From contig OZ244052.1 in NCBI GenBank assembly GCA_965215125.1, positions 1,600,001-1,664,000 on the forward strand: a stretch of 64,000 bases of DNA, given 5' to 3'. Below the pieces are notes generated by a model. The model was not told the DNA's origin. It searched no databases and saw nothing but the letters and a program-made list of their open reading frames with translations. Below are positions 19,213-28,685 of this stretch, piece by piece (position 1 is the first letter of the stretch; each line of letters starts with the position of its first letter). The stretch comes from an uncultured candidatus Porisulfidus sp. GTDB lineage: Bacteria; Pseudomonadota; Gammaproteobacteria; Poriferisulfidales; Oxydemutatoraceae. Position numbers and translations under genes: made by a program.

Positions 19213-20598
19213 ATGCGATATGTGCCGTTTTTCCTGGAACTGAGAGGGAAGCAAGGTTTAGTAGTCGGCGGTGGTGAAATCGCAGCGCGTAAGGCGCACA
19301 GATTGCTTGAGGGAGGTATGAAACTAAAAATAGTCGCTCCTGAAATTTCCGAAGCGATGCGTAAACTAGGATCGCAGTCATCGTGTGAGATAGAGAAGCG
19401 CCCCTTTGACGATGACGATGTCAAAGGAGCATACATAGTTGTCTCGGCAACCGACCGTAGAGTAGTCAATCATCGCGTCGCCGAATTGGCTAAGGCACAG
19501 GGCAGCTTGGTGAATGTCGCCGACGATGCCGATGAGGCGAATCTGTTATTTCCGTCTTTGGTAGACCGTAGCCCCATACAAATTGCAATTTCGGCAGGCG
19601 GGGCTTCGCCCTCGTTGTCGCGTCTACTACGATCTTATTTAGAAGGTTTCATACCTTCTGGTTATGCCGAACTTGCCGAGCTGTTGGAACGATACCGAAA
19701 CCGCGTCAAAGAGAAATATCAAACATTGGATCAACGTCGTTCTTTTTGGGATATTGTTTTGAGAGGGAGAGTTGCCGATGCGATTTTTGCCGGACGATAC
19801 AAGGAAGCCGAAGCGAGCCTGCTTGCATTGCTAAACGACGAGCAGAAAATTGAGGATCACACCGGAGAGATTTATCTGGTCGGTGCCGGCCCCGGCGACC
19901 CCGATTTATTGACGATAAAAGCCTTGCGTTTGATGCAGCAAGCCGATGTGGTTGTCTACGACCGATTGGTTTCGGACAGCATACATCAATTGTTAAAACC
20001 CGGCATCGAGAAAATCTATGCCGGCAAGCAACCTTCGCAGCATGTAATGTCGCAAGAAGAAATTAATCGGTTGTTGGTTAAATTGGCAAGACAAGGGAAA
20101 AAAGTGTTACGCCTTAAAGGCGGCGATCCCTTCATCTTCGGTAGAGGTGGTGAAGAGATAGAAACCCTATTGGAAGAAGGCATTCCTTTTCAGATTGTAC
20201 CCGGTATCACTGCGGCACTAGGTTGCGCCGCCTATAGTGGCATTCCTCTGACACACAGAGACTATGCTCAATCGTGTGTTTTTGTAACCGGGCACCGTCG
20301 AGACGGAACCGTTAATCTAAACTGGGATTTCTTGACACAAGAAAATCAAACCTTGATTTTCTATATGGGTTTGCTCGGATTGGAACACATTTGTGCATCC
20401 TTAATCGAACATAGCATGCCACCCGAAACTCCTATCGCATTAATAATGCACGGCACTTTGGCAGACCAAAAAGTTATAGTTTCCGATCTGAGAAATATCA
20501 TAACAAAGGTGCGTAGTGAAGAGATCAAACCACCCACTTTAGTTATCGTCGGCAAGGTTGTAGAATTGTATAACAAACTGCAATGGTATCGATTGTAG
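19213..20598 (+). CDS. cysG: Siroheme synthase
   Basis: VVGGGEIA dehydrogenase domain plus LVGAGPGDPDLLT and RLKGGDPFIFGRGGEE methyltransferase domain. Confidence 0.96.
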   Translation: MRYVPFFLELRGKQGLVVGGGEIAARKAHRLLEGGMKLKIVAPEISEAMRKLGSQSSCEIEKRPFDDDDVKGAYIVVSATDRRVVNHRVAELAKAQGSLVNVADDADEANLLFPSLVDRSPIQIAISAGGASPSLSRLLRSYLEGFIPSGYAELAELLERYRNRVKEKYQTLDQRRSFWDIVLRGRVADAIFAGRYKEAEASLLALLNDEQKIEDHTGEIYLVGAGPGDPDLLTIKALRLMQQADVVVYDRLVSDSIHQLLKPGIEKIYAGKQPSQHVMSQEEINRLLVKLARQGKKVLRLKGGDPFIFGRGGEEIETLLEEGIPFQIVPGITAALGCAAYSGIPLTHRDYAQSCVFVTGHRRDGTVNLNWDFLTQENQTLIFYMGLLGLEHICASLIEHSMPPETPIALIMHGTLADQKVIVSDLRNIITKVRSEEIKPPTLVIVGKVVELYNKLQWYRL

Positions 20599-20628
20599 TT
20601 TGGTATAATAGACATTGGAGGAACAATT

Positions 20629-21189
20629 ATGAATATTTCTTATTTGATCAAAATCCCGGCTCTATGTTTGTACGCAGCGATTATTTTTGTCGGCACGATG
20701 CCGCCTTCCCTATCAATCTCGCCGTTCAACCCACCCGATGTATTGCCGCAATTCCATACTCAAGCGGCGGAAGATTGGATTAATTCTTCTCCGTTGCGAG
20801 TGGAGGACTTAAAAGGCAAAGTTGTATTGGTTGATTTTTGGACTTACGGTTGTTGGAATTGTTATCGTTCTTTTCCGTGGTTGAATGCTATGGAGGCTCG
20901 CTTGAAGGATGAAGATTTTATCGTAATCGGTGTTCACACACCGGAGTTTGATCACGAACGAGACCGACGTAAAGTAGCGGAGAAAGTCGAGGAATTCGAT
21001 CTGCACCACCCCGTTGTTATAGATAACGATAGTCTTTACTGGCGGGCTATGCGTAATCGCTATTGGCCGGCATTTTATGTGGTGGATAAGCAAGGGCGCA
21101 TACGGCATCGGTTTGTCGGCGAAACACACGAAGGTACCCGGCGCGCTGCAACTATAGAACAAGCAATAGTTAAACTGCTAGCAGAGTGA
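20629..21189 (+). CDS. Thioredoxin-like redoxin (TlpA/DipZ-type)
   Basis: VVLVDFWTYGCWNC, GVHTPEF, NRYWPAFY. Confidence 0.9.
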   Translation: MNISYLIKIPALCLYAAIIFVGTMPPSLSISPFNPPDVLPQFHTQAAEDWINSSPLRVEDLKGKVVLVDFWTYGCWNCYRSFPWLNAMEARLKDEDFIVIGVHTPEFDHERDRRKVAEKVEEFDLHHPVVIDNDSLYWRAMRNRYWPAFYVVDKQGRIRHRFVGETHEGTRRAATIEQAIVKLLAE

Positions 21190-21285
21190 ACCACCACTTG
21201 TTGCAGTGGCACAAGTGGTGTAACGTTGTGCAGAAATAGAATCGCCGATTGAGCCGGTAGTTCAATCGGCGTGACGTTGTGCAGA
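21187..21285 (+). repeat. Two tandem REP-A units, one a compensatory-change variant
   Basis: Variant hairpin CACCACTTG-N11-CAAGTGGTG (21192-21220) and canonical hairpin (21243-21271), each followed by the TRACGTTGTGCAGA tail. Confidence 0.85.
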
Positions 21286-21457
21286 TACTGAGCATAGGTA
21301 TGTAGGTCGGATAAACTAAGGTTTATCCTCATAAGTGGTTCTGCACGAACTCAACCGCTACGCGCCATTTGGTTTTGGTTTCTATGATATTAATCGGATC
21401 GATACATTGCGAGGCTATGTATAATAATCGTGTTTAGAATATCCAATACTATAAACC

Positions 21458-22540
21458 ATGTCTAAATCCAAGCGTATTTTGTTGTTAGCCGGCGACGGTA
21501 TAGGTCCCGAGGTCATTGCCGAGGCGGTCAAGCTAATTAAGTGTATGCAAGCCGAAGGCCATGCGATTGAATATCGGGAGGCTTTAATAGGTGGAGCTGC
21601 ATACGATGTTCACGGCAGACCGTTGCCCGACGAGACACTAGAGGCTGCCGAGGAATGCGATGCGTTGTTGATGGGCGCGGTGGGGGGGGGGCAATACGAA
21701 AGGCTTGATCGGGAATTGCGTCCGGAGAGAGGATTGTTAGCCATCCGTAAAAAGCTGGGCTTGTTTGCCAATTTGCGACCGGCGTTATTATTCAAACCGT
21801 TGGCTACTCGTTCCAGTTTGCGTGCCGAGTTGATAGAAGGGCTTGATGTTTTGATAGTCAGAGAGTTGACAAGTGGGATTTATTTCGGTGAGCCGCGAGG
21901 TTTGCGGGTTGGTTCCGAAGGGCATCGCGAGGCCTACAATACGATGGTATATAGCGAGGATGAGATAGCGCGTATTGCGCGCATTGCGTATGAGGTGGCA
22001 CAGTTGCGCAGCGGTCGCCTATGCTCGGTTGACAAGGCGAATGTATTGGAGGTATCCGAGTTGTGGCGCGATGTTGTGGAGGGTTTGGCATCCGACTATC
22101 CCGATGTAACACTTAGCCATCTTTATGTGGACAATGCGGCGATGCAGTTGGTGCGTGCACCCAAGCAGTTTGATGTGATAGTTACTTCTAATTTGTTCGG
22201 TGACATATTGTCGGATTTAGCGGCGATGTTGACCGGATCTATCGGCATGTTGCCATCGGCATCTTTGAATCAATCGGGCAAGGGGTTGTATGAACCGGTG
22301 CACGGTTCCGCACCCGATATAGCAGGGCAGGGACGTGCTAATCCGCTGGCTGCAATGCTATCGTTGGCAATGCTACTGCGCTATTCTTTGGACATGCCAC
22401 AGTTGGCGAAGCGCACTGAACAGGCGGTCGCACATGCCGTAGAGACCTATCGTACACCCGATATCGCCGGTGCGGATAAAGCCGTATCAACTGCCGAGTT
22501 GGGTGATGCCGTAGTGCGATATTACGATGAACTCGGATAA
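21458..22540 (+). CDS. leuB: 3-isopropylmalate dehydrogenase
   Basis: [45 protein letters not shown]. Confidence 0.98.
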   Translation: MSKSKRILLLAGDGIGPEVIAEAVKLIKCMQAEGHAIEYREALIGGAAYDVHGRPLPDETLEAAEECDALLMGAVGGGQYERLDRELRPERGLLAIRKKLGLFANLRPALLFKPLATRSSLRAELIEGLDVLIVRELTSGIYFGEPRGLRVGSEGHREAYNTMVYSEDEIARIARIAYEVAQLRSGRLCSVDKANVLEVSELWRDVVEGLASDYPDVTLSHLYVDNAAMQLVRAPKQFDVIVTSNLFGDILSDLAAMLTGSIGMLPSASLNQSGKGLYEPVHGSAPDIAGQGRANPLAAMLSLAMLLRYSLDMPQLAKRTEQAVAHAVETYRTPDIAGADKAVSTAELGDAVVRYYDELG

Positions 22541-22596
22541 AATGATACGCTCGGTTAATACACAAAACGTACCGGTAGAATTAAAAGAGATATAAG

Positions 22597-23625
22597 ATGG
22601 AAAAGATAAATATAGCGGTGGTAGGTGCAACCGGAGCGGTCGGGGAGATGATGCTTAAGGTTTTAGAGCAGCGTAGTTTTCCGGTGAATTGTTTATATCC
22701 TCTTGCGAGCAAACGTTCCGCAGGTAGTGTAATTCAATTCGGAGGTCAAGCCTGCGAGGTCGGTCTACTGGATGATTTTGATTTCACGCGTACGACGCTC
22801 GCGCTATTTTCGGCAGGTGCTTCGGTCTCGGATATCTATGCGCCGCGTGCAGCAAAAGCCGGTAATATCGTAATAGATAATACTTCTCGTTTTCGTAACG
22901 AGGCGGATATTCCGCTCGTGGTGCCGGAGGTCAACCCGCATGCCGCTGCACACTATAAAAAGCATCGCATCATAGCCAACCCTAATTGCTCTACGATACA
23001 AATGGTTATGGTCCTAAAACCGTTGCATGATTTGTTTCAAATAAGCCGCGTCAATGTTGCAACGTATCAGGCTGTATCGGGTGCCGGCAGACGCGCCGTG
23101 GAAGAGATGTTGTTACAAACCCGAACGAAGCTTAATAACGAGACGGTACAACCCGAGATTTATCCTAAGCAGATTGCGTTTAATGCCTTACCGCAGATAG
23201 ATTGCTTCATGGAGAACGGCTATACTAGAGAAGAAATGAAAATGGTATGGGAAACACAAAAGATTTTGGAAGACAAACACATTAAGGTTAACCCAACGGC
23301 GGTGCGCATACCGGTTGTCAATGGACATTCGGAGGCTATACACATAGAGTTCAAGCAGGAAATTGACGAAAGTGCCGCCCGCAAGGTACTGGAGAAAGCA
23401 CCCGGCGTTATCGTATTGGACGAACGCGTGGAAGGTGCTTATCCGACGGCTGTAACCGAAGCCGATAATCAAGACGCAGTTTGGGTTGGGCGCATACGCA
23501 AGGATATTTCATATCCTTGCGGGCTCAATGTGTGGGTGGTTGCCGACAATTTGCGCAAGGGGGCTGCCACCAATAGCGTACAGATAGCAGAATTGATGAT
23601 GCGCGAATACCTGAACGATGTCTAA
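22597..23625 (+). CDS. asd: Aspartate-semialdehyde dehydrogenase
   Basis: VVGATGAVG, IANPNCSTIQ, DNLRKGAATN. Confidence 0.97.
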   Translation: MEKINIAVVGATGAVGEMMLKVLEQRSFPVNCLYPLASKRSAGSVIQFGGQACEVGLLDDFDFTRTTLALFSAGASVSDIYAPRAAKAGNIVIDNTSRFRNEADIPLVVPEVNPHAAAHYKKHRIIANPNCSTIQMVMVLKPLHDLFQISRVNVATYQAVSGAGRRAVEEMLLQTRTKLNNETVQPEIYPKQIAFNALPQIDCFMENGYTREEMKMVWETQKILEDKHIKVNPTAVRIPVVNGHSEAIHIEFKQEIDESAARKVLEKAPGVIVLDERVEGAYPTAVTEADNQDAVWVGRIRKDISYPCGLNVWVVADNLRKGAATNSVQIAELMMREYLNDV

Positions 23626-24991
23626 ATATCGGTTATTTTTATGTTTTGTGTTCGGATGTTCGTTGCTCAGTCCGGCAACGGCACTGGAATTGGGTGAAAT
23701 TAAGGTCGGTAGCGAGGAGAAACAAATACTCGATGCCGAGGTTGCGTTGAGCGACATAGGTTCGGATAACTTAAGCGATTGGTATATAATCTCGGTCGAT
23801 CAAGACGAATATCAAGCACAAGGTATTCAATATATTAATGGCTTGCACGATCGCCTCGTAATGGAAATCGTAGCATCCGCACCCGCACCTTATATTGCCG
23901 TCAGTAGTATTGTATCGGTCAACCAGCGTAACTTTGATTTGATTATTCGTATCGGCAACGGCGAGAAAAATCTGCAAAAGATTTATCAAGTCGTATTGAA
24001 AGAACCGCCTGCCCCGATTGTGGAGGTGATCAGGGCGATGACACCTGCCGAAATACTAAATTATTTAACGAATACACTTGCTACCTCGCAAAAGATATCG
24101 GGGGCAGAGGCGTGGAGTCAATTACGATCTTTGGTCACCGAGACAACCCAAGGTGGTGAACAAAAATTAATTGCGAGTATTAACTCTGCCGAACTCAGTC
24201 TAAGTTTTATCATAGGTATCGGCGCGTTGTTCAACGAACGGCAAAAGGCATTCTTCAACCGCATCAAGGCAGAGTCCGGCACTGCGCGTGCAGTTGCCGC
24301 TGCGTTATTCGGTCAGCGGGATTTTTTGATATTAAAAGCACTATTTAAGCAGGCAACCGAACATACTTTGGAGGAAGGAACCACTAAAAGCAGCCAACTG
24401 GATTTTGAGAAAGAACGTGCGGCGATACTCGAGAATAAACTCTACGACCTTGAATATGCAAAGATGCAAGAGGATTTGGCAGCACGACAGCGTGCCGAAG
24501 AATCACGGATAGAATCCGAACAGGTCGAAACAATACAGTTCGAAACAATAGATTGGTTGGATTATCGGAGTTGGCTTATTTATCTGGAGTGGGGCAAGAA
24601 ACCGTTATTGTCTAATGCTAAAGTTTGGGTTGCGGTCTCGATATTGTTAGGCATTTTGCTATTGCTGTTGAGCATACGACTATTTCTAGGACAAAAAACA
24701 CAAGCTGTAGGACGACCTGCCGAAGCAAGTCGCGTTAAGATGTCTTTACCGGGACAAAACGAATTAGAAAAATTACGCGCCCCACAAGTGTATATCAATC
24801 CTGCGGATAAAGAGGATAAAGGTCAAAAAAGCGATAAAGATCGTATCATCGCCAAGCTCAATCGCGCCGAGGCTTATATAGAAATGGGAGAACACGAGGC
24901 GGCGCGTCGTTTGCTCGAAGAGATAGAGCAACAAAGCCAAAATCCGCAACAACTAGCGCATATACGCGATTTGCGAGATAAGATGAGGTAA
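23618..24991 (+). CDS. FimV/HubP-like polar landmark protein (reduced)
   Basis: ALELGEIKVGS N-terminus, single TM, C-terminal KLNRAEAYIEMGEHEAARRLLEEI; located between asd and truA. Confidence 0.75.
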   Translation: MSKYRLFLCFVFGCSLLSPATALELGEIKVGSEEKQILDAEVALSDIGSDNLSDWYIISVDQDEYQAQGIQYINGLHDRLVMEIVASAPAPYIAVSSIVSVNQRNFDLIIRIGNGEKNLQKIYQVVLKEPPAPIVEVIRAMTPAEILNYLTNTLATSQKISGAEAWSQLRSLVTETTQGGEQKLIASINSAELSLSFIIGIGALFNERQKAFFNRIKAESGTARAVAAALFGQRDFLILKALFKQATEHTLEEGTTKSSQLDFEKERAAILENKLYDLEYAKMQEDLAARQRAEESRIESEQVETIQFETIDWLDYRSWLIYLEWGKKPLLSNAKVWVAVSILLGILLLLLSIRLFLGQKTQAVGRPAEASRVKMSLPGQNELEKLRAPQVYINPADKEDKGQKSDKDRIIAKLNRAEAYIEMGEHEAARRLLEEIEQQSQNPQQLAHIRDLRDKMR

Positions 24992-25767
24992 TGAAGTTTG
25001 CCGCCGGCATTGAATATAAAGGTACTGCTTTTGACGGTTGGCAAAGCCAATCGCATGCACCCAATGTACAAGATTGCCTAGAGCGAGCATTAACAAAAGT
25101 CGCGGACAGTCCGGTGCGTACCGTTTGTGCGGGGCGTACCGATAGCGGCGTTCATGCTACCGGTCAAGTCGTTCATTTTGAGACCGCCGCAGTGCGTCTG
25201 GAAAACGAATGGTTGCGCGGTTGCAATGCAAACATGAGTAAAGATATCCGTATGCAGTGGATACAATCGGTGAATTCCGACTTTGACGCACGTAAAAGTG
25301 CGATCAAACGTTGCTACCGATATATTATTTTGAATACACCCCAATCTTCGGCTTTGTTGAACGATCTGACCGCACATATATATAGGCCTTTGGATGCAAA
25401 AGCTATGCACCGGGCGGCGCAAACTTTAGTCGGCGAACATGATTTTAGTAGCTTTCGCAGTGCCGGCTGTCAGTCTAAAACACCGATCAGACGCGTCTAC
25501 ACGATTGATGTGTGTCGAGACCGGCGCTTGATCTATATAGACATTTGTGCAAATGCATTTGTGCAATATATGGTGCGTAATATCGTAGGTGTTTTGATTG
25601 AGGTCGGTGACGGTACTCGCCACGTACAATGGGTTGCCGAGGTATTGACAAAACGGGATCGCACACAAGGCGGGGTGACTGCACCGAGTGATGGTTTATA
25701 CCTAGTTGGGGTAGAATACGACACTTGTTATAGTTTGCCCGATGAGGTGGTGTATCCGAGCTTTTAA
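24991..25767 (+). CDS. truA: tRNA pseudouridine(38-40) synthase
   Basis: AGRTDSGVHA, GEHDFSSFR, MVRNIVG. Confidence 0.97.
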   Translation: MKFAAGIEYKGTAFDGWQSQSHAPNVQDCLERALTKVADSPVRTVCAGRTDSGVHATGQVVHFETAAVRLENEWLRGCNANMSKDIRMQWIQSVNSDFDARKSAIKRCYRYIILNTPQSSALLNDLTAHIYRPLDAKAMHRAAQTLVGEHDFSSFRSAGCQSKTPIRRVYTIDVCRDRRLIYIDICANAFVQYMVRNIVGVLIEVGDGTRHVQWVAEVLTKRDRTQGGVTAPSDGLYLVGVEYDTCYSLPDEVVYPSF

Positions 25768-25792
25768 TGAATAATTATCAAAACCTAGTTTA

Positions 25793-27022
25793 ATGTCCGT
25801 AATAGTCCAGAAATTCGGCGGTACATCGGTTGCCTCCGTTGAATTGATAGAGCATGTTGCGACGATAGTCCATAATACCCAACGGCAGGGGCATCAAATC
25901 ATCGTTGTCGTGTCGGCAATGAGTGGCGAGACCGACCGCTTGATAGGATTGGCTCAAAAAGTGGATGCACATTATAGCGGTAGAGAACTCGATGCACTAT
26001 TGGCAACCGGCGAGCAAAGCAGTGCCGCGTTATTGGCAATCGCTTTGAACAAGCGGGGCGTTGAGGCAATATCCATGACCGGCTGGCAAGCCGGCATGAT
26101 GACCGATCAAAGCTGTAATAAGGCGCGTATTCGATCTATAGAGGAGGATAAGATCAAACATCGCTTGGAACAAGGAAAAGTTGTGGTCATCGCCGGCTTT
26201 CAAGGTATAGACGAACACGGCAATATTACTACGCTGGGGCGAGGCGGCTCGGATACCACTGCGGTCGCGGTTGCGGCAAAACTCAAGTGTGAAGAGTGTA
26301 GGATCTATACCGATGTAGACGGTATTTATACCACCGACCCGCGTATAGAACCTAAAGCTCGTCGCCTTGTCTCCATTACCTTTGAAGAAATGTTGGAAAT
26401 GGCAAGTTTAGGTTCAAAGATACTACAAATCCGCTCGGTAGAATTGGCAGGCAAGTATAATGTACCGGTTAGGGTGCTGTCTACTTTCAAAGAAGGTCAA
26501 GGCACGCTGATTAGCTATGAGGAAAATTCAATGGAAGAACTAAGAATTTCGGGTGTCGCTTGCAATCAAGACGAAGCACAGCTCACCGTGCGCGGTGTGC
26601 CGGATAGACCCGGCATTGCCGCGAGTATATTGGAGCCTATCGCAGAGACAAACATAGAAATAGATATGATTGTCCAAAATGTAGGCTCGCGCGACGGTAT
26701 TGCCGATTTCACGTTCACCGTACACCGTAGAGATTATCGCAAAGCAATGAAAATTCTCGAAACAACGGTTGAAAAGTTAGGTTCGGGACGAGTTATAGGT
26801 ACCGACAACATCGTCAAAGTTTCTCTAGTCGGTGTCGGCATGCGCTCACATGCCGGTATCGCCTCTAAAATGTTTAGTGCACTTGCCGAATCCGGCATAG
26901 ATATACGCATGATATCCACCTCGGAGATAAAAATCTCCATTGTTATAAAAGAAGAAATGATGCAAAAAGCCGTGCAGACCCTACATCGCGCTTTTGAGCT
27001 TGCTAACGCTAAGCACCCGTAA
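25793..27022 (+). CDS. lysC: Aspartate kinase
   Basis: VQKFGGTSV, TLGRGGSDTTAV, two ACT domains. Confidence 0.97.
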   Translation: MSVIVQKFGGTSVASVELIEHVATIVHNTQRQGHQIIVVVSAMSGETDRLIGLAQKVDAHYSGRELDALLATGEQSSAALLAIALNKRGVEAISMTGWQAGMMTDQSCNKARIRSIEEDKIKHRLEQGKVVVIAGFQGIDEHGNITTLGRGGSDTTAVAVAAKLKCEECRIYTDVDGIYTTDPRIEPKARRLVSITFEEMLEMASLGSKILQIRSVELAGKYNVPVRVLSTFKEGQGTLISYEENSMEELRISGVACNQDEAQLTVRGVPDRPGIAASILEPIAETNIEIDMIVQNVGSRDGIADFTFTVHRRDYRKAMKILETTVEKLGSGRVIGTDNIVKVSLVGVGMRSHAGIASKMFSALAESGIDIRMISTSEIKISIVIKEEMMQKAVQTLHRAFELANAKHP

Positions 27023-27103
27023 AAGCGGTAATTCCTCTTAAGGGAAGGCATGTCGGCCCTCCTTTACAGAGCGCGTGGTAGGCGTAAAAGAAATAAACTA
27101 ATA

Positions 27104-27691
27104 GGAAATTATATAGTTAACTTGACAAAGAAATGTTAAATTATATCAATGCAAACCCATAGAACAATTAGATACCATTTATATCCGGCGACACAGAAAA
27201 AACACCGGCAATTACATGGCACAGCAGGCGCATGCCGCTATGTCTGGAATCACTTTGTAGCTAAGTTGAAGGACGAATACGAGTATTACGGCGAAAGCCG
27301 GTTTAAATTCTTCACCCTAGGCAAGCAATTTACGACATTAAGAAAGTATTGCGACAAGTGGTTGCAAGTTTATTCCGCTTATATCGTCAAATCATCATTA
27401 CAACCGATAGAGATAGCATACAAAGGATTTTTCAAGGGCAACAACGTATTGCCGAAGTTTCACGGCAAATATACGCATAGCCCGTCATTCCCGATCAATT
27501 TTCAAGTGTCGGCATTGCGGACACGAGGACAATGCGGATGTAAATGCTGCATTAAACATTTTGGCGGCCGGGAGTACCGCAACCGGATGTGGAGACGGCG
27601 ACAGTGGCAACACAAGTCGGTCAATGAAGCGTCAAAAAGATAGGGTGGCAAGGCAGGCTAAAAAGTCTGCCAAGTTAACTATATAATTCCC
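27104..27691 (+). mobile_element. 588-bp non-autonomous element with 24-bp TIRs and 8-bp TSD, carrying a deleted tnpB
   Basis: Left TIR GGAAATTATATAGTTAACTTGACA (27104-27127); right TIR reverse complement GGGAATTATATAGTTAACTTGGCA (27668-27691), 22/24 identical; flanking direct repeat AACTAATA at 27096-27103 and 27692-27699. Confidence 0.88.
27149..27686 (+). pseudogene. tnpB: TnpB (RNA-guided endonuclease family) with a large internal deletion and frameshift
   Basis: N-terminus RYHLYP...AGACRYVWN (OrfB HTH) and LPKFH; shifted frame from 27501 reads FKCRHCGHEDNADVNAALNILAAG (Zn-ribbon half plus RuvC-III) to TAA at 27684-27686; the RuvC-I/II region is missing. Confidence 0.88.
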
Positions 27692-27748
27692 AACTAATAT
27701 CAACACTTTAGTAGTGTTATATAATATGCCGACAGGAGGAATATTATT

Positions 27749-27967
27749 ATGTTAATTTTGACGAGAAGGATAGGAGAAACATTCAAAGTAGGAGATGACG
27801 TTAGTGTTACCGTTTTGGGAGTAAGAGGAAGTCAAATAAGAATTGGCATTTCCGCGCCTAGGGGTATAGATGTTTATCGTGAGGAGATTTACGATAAAAG
27901 GAAAAATGCCGTTAAGCAATCTGCCGAGAACGAAAAGAAAGCATCTGATGTTGTCGCCTCGCATTGA
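27749..27967 (+). CDS. csrA: Carbon storage regulator
   Basis: [10 protein letters not shown]...IRIGISAP...REEIY; AGGAGG RBS; lysC-csrA-tRNA-Ser context. Confidence 0.96.
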   Translation: MLILTRRIGETFKVGDDVSVTVLGVRGSQIRIGISAPRGIDVYREEIYDKRKNAVKQSAENEKKASDVVASH

Positions 27968-27988
27968 AAAGGTTTATTTCCCGATTAC

Positions 27989-28081
27989 GGAGAGATGGCC
28001 GAGCGGCTGAAGGCGCTCCCCTGCTAAGGGAGTATGGGGTTTGTAGCTCCATCGAGGGTTCGAATCCCTCTCTCTCCGCCA
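27989..28081 (+). tRNA. tRNA-Ser(GCT)
   Basis: Acceptor stem GGAGAGA/TCTCTCC, anticodon arm CTCCC-CTGCTAA-GGGAG, long variable arm, GGTTCGAATCC, 3' CCA. Confidence 0.97.
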
Positions 28082-28199
28082 CAGACTTTTGATGGCTAAG
28101 CGCAAGTTGTAGCAATCCCTGTGGCATGATCAAGCAGATAAAGCAGGTCAACATTTTTGTTCGTTGCATACGTCTTAAAATAAAACGATTTTAAGTGAA

Positions 28200-28631
28200 A
28201 TGAAAAAACTTTATCTCTACCTGACGTATGCCGGCGCGTTGCCGTTTATTATTTGTGCTTTTTGTCTAGCATTCGAAATAAGATTCATACCACTACTAGG
28301 CGCAACAGAACAAGTCTTGAGTGTGTATACGCTTATCATTGCAACCTTTATAGCCGGCAACCACTGGGGACAGCATCTTTATATGAAAAATAAATGGCAA
28401 TATTATTTGCCGATATCGAGTAATGTCATTGTTATTACGCTTTGGTTTGGTTTCTTGGTATTGTCCCTCAAACCGTTAATTACAGCCTTCGTAGTAGCGT
28501 TCCTAGTTTTGTTGGTCATAGATCAAAGACTTTGCCGACTTAATCTCATTACCCGTCAATATTTTCAAATGCGTTGTTTTGCAACGGCAATTGTTATTTC
28601 AACACTTGTCATTTCAAGAATTGTTACATGA
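28200..28631 (+). CDS. DUF3429-like membrane protein
   Basis: LTYAGALPF, TFIAGNHWG, multiple TM segments. Confidence 0.75.
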   Translation: MKKLYLYLTYAGALPFIICAFCLAFEIRFIPLLGATEQVLSVYTLIIATFIAGNHWGQHLYMKNKWQYYLPISSNVIVITLWFGFLVLSLKPLITAFVVAFLVLLVIDQRLCRLNLITRQYFQMRCFATAIVISTLVISRIVT

Positions 28632-28685
28632 CAGGTATTGTCTTTGAAGCCACTGCGGATAACCTACAGACCACAAAAGCACTCC

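Noticed and set aside
21682-21691. G10 homopolymer in leuB as a phase-variation switch
   Set aside because: In frame within a conserved Gly-rich motif of a housekeeping enzyme; no supporting evidence.
27500-27643. C-terminal part of the 164-aa ORF 27149-27643 as a real protein tail
   Set aside because: It is out-of-frame read-through after the deletion; the TnpB motifs lie in the shifted frame starting at 27501.
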